Origin: Patescibacteria group bacterium
GTDB lineage: Bacteria; Patescibacteriota; Patescibacteriia; UBA1558; GWA2-36-10
Reading direction: 5' to 3'
NCBI GenBank assembly: GCA_018819405.1
Contig: JAHJQF010000001.1
Coordinates: 577,377-641,376, forward strand
DNA: 64,000 nucleotides
Under the pieces are notes generated by a model that saw nothing but the letters and a program-made list of their open reading frames with translations, did not search any database and was not told the origin of the DNA. Below are positions 19,179 to 27,765 of this stretch, piece by piece. Positions within the stretch are counted from its first letter, which is position 1; each line of letters opens with the position of its first letter. The position numbers were made by a program, and so were the translations under genes.

Positions 19179-20218
19179 TGCTGTACCCAGTGATATTAGC
19201 CGGTGGATTGGGCACGCGTTTGTGGCCAGTATCCAACCAAAATAATCCCAAGCAATTCAAAGCACTTTTGTCGGATAAGACGTTACTACAGAATACTTAT
19301 GATAGGGTAGCTAGCTCTTTTGATAAAAAAAATATTTTTGTGGTCTCTTGTCAAAATATTGTTGACAACATCAGGCAGCAGATAGATATCTTGCCGGAAA
19401 ATATTTTAATTGAGCCACAGGCAAAGGGCACAGCTATTGCTATTGCCCTAGCAACTCTTAAAATAAAAAATATTGATCCTCAGGCAATCATAGTAACTGT
19501 AAATAGCGACCATTTTATAAAAAACGAAAAAGAATACACAAAAGCTTTAAAAAAAGCTGAAAAGGTAGTAGAAAAAAACCCAGACAAGATGCTTCTTTTT
19601 GGGGTCAAACCAGCTTATCCTGAGACTGGTTATGGCTACATTGAGACCAAGGGTTCCAAAGGCGATATTTATGAAGTAGCCAGCCTAAAAGAAAAGCCAG
19701 ATCTGGCTACGGCCAAGGCTTATGTAAAATCAGGTAAATTTTTGTGGAGTCCGGGAATTTTTGTCTTTAAAGCGGCTAGCTTGATTGATTGGTATAAAAA
19801 ATATTTGCCAGGGCAATATCAAGCTCTTTTAAGGATAGAGAAGTCACCGGATAATATAGCCAAGGAGTATGAGAAAATACAAAACATCTCCATTGATTAT
19901 GGACTTTTAGAAAAAATGGATAATATGCTGGTAATGCCCATAAATTTTACTTGGGCTGATGTGGGTCATTGGAGGAGTTTGCGTGATATTTTACTTGATG
20001 GTAAAGACAATGTCACCAATACAAGCAGCGTTACTGTTGATAGCAAAAACAATTTGTTGTATAGTTTTAGTGGTAAGCTCGTTGCTACAGTTGGGGTAGA
20101 GAATATGGTATTGGTAGAGACTGAAGATGTTATATTTTTGTGTCCGGCAGATCGTGCTCAGGATGTAAAAAAGCTTTTAGAGCAAATAAAAAATAATGGT
20201 TTGGAAAAATATTTATAA
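19175..20218 (+). CDS. manC: mannose-1-phosphate guanylyltransferase-like sugar nucleotidyltransferase
   Basis: YPVILAGGLGTRLWP nucleotidyltransferase G-x-G-T-R-L motif. 347 aa. Start overlaps the uppP stop. Confidence 0.7.
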   Translation: MMLYPVILAGGLGTRLWPVSNQNNPKQFKALLSDKTLLQNTYDRVASSFDKKNIFVVSCQNIVDNIRQQIDILPENILIEPQAKGTAIAIALATLKIKNIDPQAIIVTVNSDHFIKNEKEYTKALKKAEKVVEKNPDKMLLFGVKPAYPETGYGYIETKGSKGDIYEVASLKEKPDLATAKAYVKSGKFLWSPGIFVFKAASLIDWYKKYLPGQYQALLRIEKSPDNIAKEYEKIQNISIDYGLLEKMDNMLVMPINFTWADVGHWRSLRDILLDGKDNVTNTSSVTVDSKNNLLYSFSGKLVATVGVENMVLVETEDVIFLCPADRAQDVKKLLEQIKNNGLEKYL

Positions 20219-20258
20219 ACACTTGGAAAAAGCTATTTAATAATTAATTTCTAACGGG

Positions 20259-21254
20259 GTGAAAAAATTTATTTTTAAGTTAATTTTAATATTTTTGGTA
20301 GTTTTGCTAGCTTGGTTTTTTATTATAGTAAATTCCAACAACGGTCTATCAAAAAATAAAACATTTTTGGTTCAAGATGGCCAAGGTGTGAATCAGATTA
20401 GTAATGGACTATACAATGATAACCTGATAAAAAGTAAATTTGTCTTTGAATCGTGGTTGTGGATCAAACAGGCCGAGTCAAAATTAATTGCTGGAGTTTA
20501 TGATATTCCAGCTGGTGTTTCTATCCGACAGTTGACCAATCTTTTGATTTTGGGACCGCAGGATTCTCAGGAATCAGTCACGCTTTTAGAAGGCTGGACC
20601 AGAAAATTGATGTCCGAAGCACTAGACAGACACGGTATGTCTGGTCAAAAATTTATGGAGCTTAGCTCTGAAAAGATTGATTGGCAGGACGATTATGATT
20701 TTTTGCTTGATGCTCCTAGTAATGCCAGTTTGGAAGGTTATATTTTTCCAGACACTTATTTTATTGATAGCTCTACCAGTGAAGAATTTTTTATCAAAAA
20801 AACTCTCAACAATTTTAACCGCAAGCTTAGTGACTCTCTTCGCGAGGAAATAAATCGTCAGGGCAAAACTATTTTTGAAGTTGTTACTTTAGCCTCAATC
20901 ATTGAGAGGGAAGTGCCTGTTTATGCTGATAAAAAAATGATAGCGGATGTATTTTTAAAAAGGATTGACGCTGGTATTGGCCTGCAATCTGATGCTACTA
21001 TCAATTATATTACTGGTAAAGGCATGGAACAGCCTACTTTGGATGATTTAACTATTGACTCACCTTACAATACCTATAAATATAAAGGCTTGCCACCAGG
21101 GCCAATTTCTAATCCAGGTATTGATAGTATAGAGGCGGTTGTTTATCCGACTGCCAATGAATATTATTATTTCTTAACTAGCGATGACGACAAAGTGATA
21201 TATAGTCGTACTTATGAAGAACATTTGGAAAATAAAGCCCGTTATTTAGACTAG
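20259..21254 (+). CDS. mltG: endolytic murein transglycosylase MltG (YceG family)
   Basis: N-terminal TM, LTLASIIEREV, LQSDATINY, YNTYKYKGLPPGPISNPG motifs. GTG start. Confidence 0.85.
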   Translation: MKKFIFKLILIFLVVLLAWFFIIVNSNNGLSKNKTFLVQDGQGVNQISNGLYNDNLIKSKFVFESWLWIKQAESKLIAGVYDIPAGVSIRQLTNLLILGPQDSQESVTLLEGWTRKLMSEALDRHGMSGQKFMELSSEKIDWQDDYDFLLDAPSNASLEGYIFPDTYFIDSSTSEEFFIKKTLNNFNRKLSDSLREEINRQGKTIFEVVTLASIIEREVPVYADKKMIADVFLKRIDAGIGLQSDATINYITGKGMEQPTLDDLTIDSPYNTYKYKGLPPGPISNPGIDSIEAVVYPTANEYYYFLTSDDDKVIYSRTYEEHLENKARYLD

Positions 21255-21277
21255 AAAAATAGGAAATTTTACCCAGA

Positions 21278-21310
21278 AAACCCCCTAAAATAGGGGGTTT
21301 TTATATTTTA
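21278..21310 (+). terminator. intrinsic terminator
   Basis: AAAACCCCCTAAAATAGGGGGTTTTTATATTTT. Confidence 0.7.
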
Positions 21311-21340
21311 ACACGTGGTGAACGTAGTGAGCTTTACATG

Positions 21341-21369
21341 TTGACAAAAATATAAAAATATGATATAAT
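21341..21369 (+). promoter_or_regulatory. consensus sigma70-type promoter (TTGACA-17-TATAAT)
   Basis: TTGACA at 21341-21346, a 17-nt spacer, then TATAAT at 21364-21369. It lies upstream of the GC-rich gene. Confidence 0.55.
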
Positions 21370-21446
21370 AGTATATTACTTTGAGGTGGAATGCGACTTG
21401 TTTTAAGTTGCTAGCTAGTGATAAGCCCAAGCAAGGAGAAGCTGCA

Positions 21447-22115
21447 ATGACTCGTCTGTTCAAACTCGTTGCCCTCATCGCCATGTCCCTTTCCATCTTC
21501 GCGCTGCCGGCTGCGGCTCAGTGGCAGCACAACATCAAGTGGTCAGACTCCTGGCACGCTCCGCGAGCCAGGATCCTGTTTCACAACAGCGAGGAAGTCT
21601 CGCCTGGGCTGGAGCGGCGTATCCATTGCTTGTTCCCCAACGTCAACCTCGAAGGTCGGCTCAACTTCCTGGCGTATCTGGGTCTCAACTTCAAATCGAT
21701 GTCACATCTGGATGTCGAGCCAGCTATTGGCTACAACCTGCGTCAGGAGACGATGATCACCTCCACGCGCTTCAGTCTGTATGACGGCCAGTCCATGGCC
21801 TACAGCCGGGCTTATGCTTGGCTGGATCTGGAATACACCCCCAATGGGCAGGGCACCTACTATTTTGCCCAGGCTGAGTACAGCGCTTTGGAGTATGTCG
21901 AATTCGGATTGGAGTCTGAAGGCTGGGGAGGCTTGGACGGCCAAAGCAAATCCATCGGTCTCGGTCCGAACTTGATCCTGCATTTCCGCCGTGGACCGCA
22001 CAACATCAACGTCGATCTGGCGGTCCATTACCGTGACCTCGATGACGTGCCGGACGCGGGCTGGAAGCCGGAGTTCTTCTTCCGGCTGCATCTGATCCCC
22101 AACTTGACAGATTAG
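21447..22115 (+). CDS. GC-rich foreign-looking secreted protein (signal peptide; beta-rich, aromatic-rich), hypothetical
   Basis: Canonical SD AAGGAG 8 nt before the ATG. Signal peptide LVALIAMSLSIFALPAAAQW. GC-rich with CTG/CCG/GCG-rich codon use unlike neighbours. Multiple spurious overlapping ORFs on both strands, typical of GC-rich DNA. Confidence 0.55.
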   Translation: MTRLFKLVALIAMSLSIFALPAAAQWQHNIKWSDSWHAPRARILFHNSEEVSPGLERRIHCLFPNVNLEGRLNFLAYLGLNFKSMSHLDVEPAIGYNLRQETMITSTRFSLYDGQSMAYSRAYAWLDLEYTPNGQGTYYFAQAEYSALEYVEFGLESEGWGGLDGQSKSIGLGPNLILHFRRGPHNINVDLAVHYRDLDDVPDAGWKPEFFFRLHLIPNLTD

Positions 22116-22122
22116 GCTGCTA

Positions 22123-22170
22123 GGCCCCGAAAAACGTGGTTTTTACCACCTTTCGGGGCCTATTTCTTTT
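22123..22170 (+). terminator. intrinsic terminator (GC-rich hairpin + T-tract)
   Basis: GGCCCCGAAA...TTTCGGGGCC followed by TATTTCTTTT. Confidence 0.7.
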
Positions 22171-22195
22171 GCCTTGACCCGTCGGGTAGGCGGAC

Positions 22196-22224
22196 TTGAC
22201 AATATTGCCATTATAATATATAAT
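22196..22224 (+). promoter_or_regulatory. consensus sigma70-type promoter (TTGACA-17-TATAAT) for rplJL
   Basis: TTGACA at 22196-22201, a 17-nt spacer, then TATAAT at 22219-22224. Confidence 0.6.
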
Positions 22225-22404
22225 TTTTTCATCAATTAAATATAGACCGTAGACAGTGGGTTTCGGATCATTTGGTCAGATATAAATCCTACCGAGGAAT
22301 AGCTTATTTTTTCATCGTCTGCGGTATATTGCGCAGATTTTTTTGTACCTGTCATCCTGAACTTGCTTCAGGATCTATCAGGAGGATTCTGAATTAAATT
22401 CAGA
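22225..22404 (+). promoter_or_regulatory. ribosomal protein L10 leader (structured 5' UTR of rplJL)
   Basis: Long leader with hairpins ATCCTGAACTTGCTTCAGGAT and ATTCTGAATTAAATTCAGAAT. Its position matches the known L10(L12)4 autoregulatory leader. Confidence 0.5.
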
Positions 22405-22944
22405 ATGACAATTAATATAAATTATATGCCAAAAACAAGACAACAAAAACAAGATATTTTGGACAATTTGAAAGATAAATTAGCCAAAAGTAAATCAGTA
22501 GTTTTTAGTTCTGACAACGGTCTATCTGTCAAAACCATTGAAGGCATCAGAAAAGAAATGAAGCAAAACAATGCTGAATATTTGGTAGCCAAAAAGACTT
22601 TGGTCAAAATGGCCACCGAAGATATATCAGATGTTAATTTGGACAGTTTGACCGGTTCGGTAGCTTTGACTATTTCTTATGAAGATGAAGTGGCCGGAGC
22701 CAGATTACTAAACAAATATGCCAAAGAAAATGAAGCCTTGCAGCTTGACGGTGGTATTTTGGAAGGTAAGTTCATCATGGCTGATATGGTCAAAAGATTA
22801 GCCAATTTGCCATCCAAAGAGCAATTACTAGCCAAATTGGTGGGGTCACTCAATTCTCCAATGGCCGGTATAGTAGGAGTACTATCTGGTGTACAGAGAA
22901 ATTTTGTTGGAGTTTTATCAGCTATTAAAGATCAAAAAGAATAA
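22405..22944 (+). CDS. rplJ: 50S ribosomal protein L10
   Basis: KQDILDNLKDKLAKSKSVVFSSDNGLSVKTIEGIRKEM...EYLVAKKTLVKMA is L10-like and is followed by rplL. The start may be the downstream MPKTRQQ (22426). Confidence 0.85.
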   Translation: MTININYMPKTRQQKQDILDNLKDKLAKSKSVVFSSDNGLSVKTIEGIRKEMKQNNAEYLVAKKTLVKMATEDISDVNLDSLTGSVALTISYEDEVAGARLLNKYAKENEALQLDGGILEGKFIMADMVKRLANLPSKEQLLAKLVGSLNSPMAGIVGVLSGVQRNFVGVLSAIKDQKE

Positions 22945-23041
22945 TTAATTTTATATATTTATAATTTTACCCCGTTAAATCCTGCTTCGCAGGAGCTCGC
23001 AAAGCGAGCTATTTAACAGGGGTGAAGAAAGGATAAAAAAT

Positions 23042-23452
23042 ATGTCAGAAGAAAAAAAAGTAGAAAAAAAGGACGTTGAAGTTCCTGCCAAATTTAAAGC
23101 AATTGTTGAAGAGATTGAAAAAATGTCAGTTTTGGATTTATCAGAATTGGTATCAATCTTGGAAGATAAATTTGGTGTTTCAGCTGCTCAACCAGTAGCT
23201 ATGGCTGCTATGCCAGCCGCTGCTGAAGCCCAAGAAGAAAAATCTTCATTTACCGTTGAGCTTACTGCCGCTGGTGGCAACAAAATTGGTGTCATCAAGG
23301 TAATCCGCGAAATCACCCAATTGGGCTTAAAAGAAGCCAAAGATATGGCTGATAGTGCTCCATCTCCAATCAAAGAAGGTGTAGCCAAAGAAGAAGCTGA
23401 AACAATCAAGAAAAAACTTGAAGAAGCCGGTGCTACCGTAACTTTGAAATAA
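23042..23452 (+). CDS. rplL: 50S ribosomal protein L7/L12
   Basis: Ala-rich hinge and C-terminal [19 protein letters not shown]...EAGATVTLK. Confidence 0.95.
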   Translation: MSEEKKVEKKDVEVPAKFKAIVEEIEKMSVLDLSELVSILEDKFGVSAAQPVAMAAMPAAAEAQEEKSSFTVELTAAGGNKIGVIKVIREITQLGLKEAKDMADSAPSPIKEGVAKEEAETIKKKLEEAGATVTLK

Positions 23453-23465
23453 ATTATATTAAAAA

Positions 23466-23497
23466 ACACCCCCGCATTTTGTGGGGGGTGTTTTTAT
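23466..23497. terminator. bidirectional intrinsic terminator between rplL (+) and the convergent minus-strand gene
   Basis: A-tract, then ACACCCCCGCATTTTGTGGGGGGTGT, then T-tract. Confidence 0.7.
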
Positions 23498-25615
23498 TTA
23501 TTCATTTATTGCTAAGAGATATAGATGATTAGCATTGAGAAGATAAATAGCCTTTTCATCAGGATCCACAGCCAGATCAAGTAAATTATCAAATTTTTGT
23601 GAGGTATATTGATCCTTAATATTGCCATCTTTGTCCAATATTACTATTCTCATGTTTTGTGGGTCAATAATATATAGATAAGCAGAATCCCTGAAGGTTT
23701 TTATCTTGGCTGATTGGCCGATAGTTGGTCTGGGTTCATGATAGTTGAAATCTTCTTCTTGTCCTTTGAGGAAATTTTGGATTTTGCCGCTGTTGTCTAT
23801 GATATATATACCACCATCAATAGTCAAACTGCTGGTTTGTGATAAATCAGCTTCTTCCTGTAGCCATTTTATACCACCGGCAAAAGAACTGCCACTTTCA
23901 GGATATTTAAATATTTGATTACTGGACTGATCTAAGACATATAAATTGTTGCCGTATATAGCCAGATCACCAACTGCTTGGTTGTCGGCTGATTTTTTTA
24001 GTTCGCCGACTATTTTCTTTTGGCTTATATCAAACACTTTGTATGAGCCTTGACTTTCACTGTCTTGGGTATAGATTACTATTTTTTCAGTGTCTGGCCA
24101 GTTGGTCATGGATTGGACTGTTTGATTTTCTGTAAAGTCGTATAAGGTATTTAAGGTATTATCTTTTATTTCATATAATTTATTGTCGCCTAGGATATAA
24201 AAAATCCCGTTTTTTTGGACAATACTTTGTGGTACAGAGACCAAAGAGCCCATGTCAAAAAGCTCCATTGGCATATCTACCACGTGAATATGTCGGACTT
24301 TGTTTAGTTTATGGAACAATGTTTCGTTGAGCTGGTCTATATTTTCTTGTTGTTCCGGAGAGCTGGCCTTGAGGCTGTCTATCAGGTCTTTTATTTCTAA
24401 GAGTATATTTTCAGACGCTTCTTCATCATTATAAATCAGTTTGGCGTCTGCTTCATCATATTTATTTTGGATGCTTATGAGAGTATTATCATAGTATTGA
24501 TTTTTTTCTTCATCAGCTTTTTCTTGGGTCAAAAATATTAGGCTTTGCAAAAATATCAATAAAATTACAAAGAGAGTTACTACGGCTATTTTTTTCTTAA
24601 TACTTAGATTTTTGAACCAATAGTATTTTTTATCAGTGACATTTTTTATACTATCTATAGTTTTTTCTTCTTTAGCTTTGCGGTATTTTTTGGAAGTCAA
24701 AAATAGTATACTAGCTTTGATTTTTTGGAAAATATAGACAAAAATACTGGCTACCATTTGGAAAAATGTACCAGCTAGGGAAAAAAGATTACCTATTTTT
24801 TGGAAAATACCTATATTTTTAAAACCTTTGACATCTACCACCAGTTTGGTTTTGGGTTTACCTATGGTGTCTTGGGGAGTTTTTTCTATAGTATCGCTAA
24901 TTTTTATATCAAGCTCTTGTTGTATATGGCTTGCTTGTCGGGCTTGTTCGGGGTTGATGTCCATATCTCCTAAGCCTGGTTTTTTTATTAAGATAGAATT
25001 AAAGGTCACAAATTCTGGTACAGATTCCAAGAGTTCATTGATTTTTATAGCGGCAGCAGAAGGGGAATATTTGCCGATAATTTGTTTTATTTTTTCTTTT
25101 GATATGTAATCAAATAAAGAATTGGTAGAAATTATCAAAGAATCTCCTTCGTCAAGTTGACCGCTGATAATATCAGAAAAAGCTTTGGCGGGGTTTATAT
25201 CGGTGTTTTTGCTGACAATCGTAGTTATTTGATTGTTGTGCATCAAAAGGCCGTTTATACTGCCAATACTGGATATATATATATTGTCACCGCTCATAAT
25301 GCCAATAGCTAGATCCAAAGTGTTTATCCAGTTGCGGATTTTGATAGAGCCGGCCATTTCTGGGAGTAGTTGGTTTATTTCTTGGAGTATTTCTTCCAAA
25401 AGTGTTTCTGGATCTTCCTGGCCACTGGTATCAAAATAAGTAGCCGCCTGATTTATTAGTTCGTCTACGTAAGGTTGTTGATCAATTTTATGCTTAGGCA
25501 ATTCCAGGATTATAAAGATGCGTCCATGATCAGAAGAGTCGCTCATATATACTTCTGACACTTCTCTAGCATTAAGATGATCATGAGTAAATATTTTGTG
25601 GTATTTTAGGCTCAT
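23498..25615 (-). CDS. large membrane protein: N-terminal cytoplasmic PPM/SpoIIE-like phosphatase-like region (tentative), central TM helices, C-terminal beta-propeller-like repeats
   Basis: N-terminal GRIFIILELP...IGIMSGDNIYISSIGSINGLLMH...SGQLDEGDSLIISTN resembles PP2C-fold blocks. TM segments LFSLAGTFFQMVASIFVYIF and IAVVTLFVILLIFLQSLIFL. C-terminal repeated Y..D/GxxY..D blades. Confidence 0.4.
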   Translation of the reverse strand: MSLKYHKIFTHDHLNAREVSEVYMSDSSDHGRIFIILELPKHKIDQQPYVDELINQAATYFDTSGQEDPETLLEEILQEINQLLPEMAGSIKIRNWINTLDLAIGIMSGDNIYISSIGSINGLLMHNNQITTIVSKNTDINPAKAFSDIISGQLDEGDSLIISTNSLFDYISKEKIKQIIGKYSPSAAAIKINELLESVPEFVTFNSILIKKPGLGDMDINPEQARQASHIQQELDIKISDTIEKTPQDTIGKPKTKLVVDVKGFKNIGIFQKIGNLFSLAGTFFQMVASIFVYIFQKIKASILFLTSKKYRKAKEEKTIDSIKNVTDKKYYWFKNLSIKKKIAVVTLFVILLIFLQSLIFLTQEKADEEKNQYYDNTLISIQNKYDEADAKLIYNDEEASENILLEIKDLIDSLKASSPEQQENIDQLNETLFHKLNKVRHIHVVDMPMELFDMGSLVSVPQSIVQKNGIFYILGDNKLYEIKDNTLNTLYDFTENQTVQSMTNWPDTEKIVIYTQDSESQGSYKVFDISQKKIVGELKKSADNQAVGDLAIYGNNLYVLDQSSNQIFKYPESGSSFAGGIKWLQEEADLSQTSSLTIDGGIYIIDNSGKIQNFLKGQEEDFNYHEPRPTIGQSAKIKTFRDSAYLYIIDPQNMRIVILDKDGNIKDQYTSQKFDNLLDLAVDPDEKAIYLLNANHLYLLAINE

Positions 25616-25688
25616 GATTTTACATTTCTATCAATAAATATTATACTATAATTAAGCTATCAAGTAAACAAACTCCATTTTTATTCAT

Positions 25689-26300
25689 ATGCTTGAACAA
25701 ATTTTTAGTTCAGTAGCTAGGACCAAGATACTAAAATTTTTTTGTGTCCATTATCAAGAGAAATTTTTTGTCAGGGAGCTGGCAAGGCGTTTGGGTGTAC
25801 AGCTCAATTCTATTAGGCGTGAACTGGACAACCTAGAAAATTTTGGTTTTTTACATAGTGAAAATGAAGGTGGTAAGAAATACTATTATGCCAATACAGA
25901 TTTTCCCTTATTTTCTGAAATCAAAAATTTAGTTTTCAAATCTTTGGCCTTGGAGGAGATGAATGTTGCTGGTAAGATGTCCAAAGTGCCTGGTTTGAAA
26001 CTTTTGGTATTTACGGGGATTTTGACAGAGTCGCCAGCCGCTACAGATGTTCTTATTGTCGGCAAGGTTAATAAAACACAATTTGATAAATATTTGGGTA
26101 AAATTGCCGAGGGATTACCGGCAGAACTACGCTATACATTTTTGTCTTTGTCTGATTATCTGTATCGTATAGAAATTACTGATAAATTTATCTACGATAT
26201 CTGGGCTCACAACAAAATAATCGTAGTAGACAAAATTTCTGACAAATTGAAAAAAAATATCTGGGATGACTTTAATTTTAAGCACTTTAAAGGGGATTAA
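25689..26300 (+). CDS. winged-helix (ArsR/MarR-like) DNA-binding domain protein
   Basis: ARTKILKFF...VRELARRLGVQLNSIRRELDNLENFGFL HTH-like N-terminus. Confidence 0.4.
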   Translation: MLEQIFSSVARTKILKFFCVHYQEKFFVRELARRLGVQLNSIRRELDNLENFGFLHSENEGGKKYYYANTDFPLFSEIKNLVFKSLALEEMNVAGKMSKVPGLKLLVFTGILTESPAATDVLIVGKVNKTQFDKYLGKIAEGLPAELRYTFLSLSDYLYRIEITDKFIYDIWAHNKIIVVDKISDKLKKNIWDDFNFKHFKGD

Positions 26301-26309
26301 TAAAATTTT

Positions 26310-26708
26310 ATGAATAATAAAGAAAAAAAGATAAAAATTTCCAAGCCTGTTAGAGATTCATCTCTAAACGGGACTAGGGGGATAAAAAACGTATTTTTAC
26401 TTTTACTTATCTTGCCTTTGCTCTGGGGTTGGGGATGTAAGTCAAAAGACACAAATCAAAATCAACAACAGAATCAGCAGGGTCAACAGCAAGGCCAGAC
26501 TGACGAGCCTTTTGAAGTGCCAAAGGAGAGAGTAGATATCCTGATGCTCAACTGTACTTCAGGCGGAGATGATGGTTGTTGTCTGAGATCGGTTGAGGTT
26601 ATTACTGAAGGTAGTTTTGAATTATCAGATAATGGGGCTTGTGCTGAAGGATATGTAGTAAAAAATTTGGACTGTGAGGGCGGTTATAGTTGGTGCCAAC
26701 CAAAGTAA
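26310..26708 (+). CDS. small secreted Cys-rich protein with Q/N-rich linker, hypothetical
   Basis: Signal-like LLLLILPLLWGWGC. A QNQQQNQQGQQQGQ tract. Eight Cys in the C-terminal 70 aa. Confidence 0.35.
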   Translation: MNNKEKKIKISKPVRDSSLNGTRGIKNVFLLLLILPLLWGWGCKSKDTNQNQQQNQQGQQQGQTDEPFEVPKERVDILMLNCTSGGDDGCCLRSVEVITEGSFELSDNGACAEGYVVKNLDCEGGYSWCQPK

Positions 26709-26711
26709 TTT

Positions 26712-27113
26712 ATGTTGTTGATACTCTTTGTAGAAGATAGAAACAAAGCTTCCTGGATTTTGGGAGACAAGGTCCGGGATTTTGAAATGTTGCCAGGGCA
26801 GGATAATTTGCTTTTGGAGTTGGATAAATTGAAAGTTAATTTTAAAAAAATAGATGCTTTGATTATGCTAGTCAAAGATGCTAGTCTTACTCAGCTCAAA
26901 GTATTTACGACTACCTTAAATACTTTAGCTTGGAGCTTTGATTTGCCGACTTTAGGCAAATTTTATTTTAATGAAGATAAAGAGCAAATCATTAATAAAT
27001 CTAGCCGTGAAATTGCCAAGATAAAAAAATTTAAACCCATTAAAGTAGAGTATAGGAGACAGGCCGAAATTACTTTGAGTAAAAAACAGCCAAAGTACAA
27101 AATAGCCAAATAA
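26712..27113 (+). CDS. short TsaB/YeaZ-like protein (tentative)
   Basis: LLLELDKLKVNFKKIDALIMLVKDASLTQLKVFTTTLNTLAWSFDLPTLG resembles the Kae1/TsaB N-terminal block (subunit-interface region). Confidence 0.3.
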   Translation: MLLILFVEDRNKASWILGDKVRDFEMLPGQDNLLLELDKLKVNFKKIDALIMLVKDASLTQLKVFTTTLNTLAWSFDLPTLGKFYFNEDKEQIINKSSREIAKIKKFKPIKVEYRRQAEITLSKKQPKYKIAK

Positions 27114-27232
27114 ATTACTAAATTTATCAATAAAAACACTACTTGAAAGAAAGTAGTGTTTTATGTTTTAGTTATACACAAAAATTGACTTAGGTTGTTT
27201 TGTGGTGTGGATAAGTATCTTATTTGTTTGAT

Positions 27233-27261
27233 TGACATTTTGGCTAATGGTGGGGTATAAT
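27233..27261 (+). promoter_or_regulatory. consensus sigma70-type promoter (TTGACA-17-TATAAT) for the mraZ-dcw block
   Basis: TTGACA at 27233-27238, a 17-nt spacer, then TATAAT at 27256-27261. Confidence 0.6.
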
Positions 27262-27279
27262 GTAGTTACGTATTAAAAA

Positions 27280-27320
27280 AGTGGGAAAAAATGGGGAATT
27301 AACAACAATCCCTGTGGATA
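27280..27320 (+). promoter_or_regulatory. candidate MraZ operator (GTGGG-type direct repeats) between promoter and mraZ
   Basis: GTGGGAAAAAATGGGGAATT...CCCTGTGGATAAG. TGTGGATAAGT also recurs at 27205 and 27304. Confidence 0.35.
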
Positions 27321-27332
27321 AGTTTGAAACTT

Positions 27333-27764
27333 ATGTTTATTGGTGAGTATAAATACAATTTGGACGACAAAAATCGCTTGGCAATGCCAGCCAAGTTTCG
27401 TGCGCTTTTTAAAGAAGGAGCAGTTATTACCAAAGGTTTGGATAGCTGTCTTTTTATTTATACTGCCAAAGAATGGAAAAAATTAGCGGATAAGTTGGCT
27501 AATTTGCCTTTTTCTCAGGCCAAATCACGTGCCTTTTCCCGTATGATGTTGGCTGGCGCTATGGATGTGAAGTTAGATGCCCAAGGCAGGGTAATGCTAC
27601 CTGATTATCTCAAGCAATTTGCCACTTTAAATAAAAAAGTTGTCATTGCTGGTTTGTATAACAGGCTGGAAGTTTGGGATGAAAAACTGTGGAGCAAGTA
27701 TCAGCAGGTTTCTGAAAAAGACTCTAATGAAATTGCCGAAGGCTTGGTTGACTTAGGAATTTAA
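27333..27764 (+). CDS. mraZ: transcriptional regulator MraZ
   Basis: MFIGEYKYNLDDKNRLAMPAKFR and a second DAQGRVMLP repeat (duplicated MraZ domains). Confidence 0.9.
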   Translation: MFIGEYKYNLDDKNRLAMPAKFRALFKEGAVITKGLDSCLFIYTAKEWKKLADKLANLPFSQAKSRAFSRMMLAGAMDVKLDAQGRVMLPDYLKQFATLNKKVVIAGLYNRLEVWDEKLWSKYQQVSEKDSNEIAEGLVDLGI

Positions 27765-27765
27765 T

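Noticed and set aside
21469-22091. Stacked ORFs on both strands (21469..21756, 21521..21784, 21702..22091 minus, 21781..21975)
   Set aside because: They overlap the SD-preceded, signal-peptide ORF 21447..22115 and are low-complexity Ser/Arg/Pro-rich, the typical artifact of GC-rich DNA. Only the frame with SD, signal peptide and terminator is kept.
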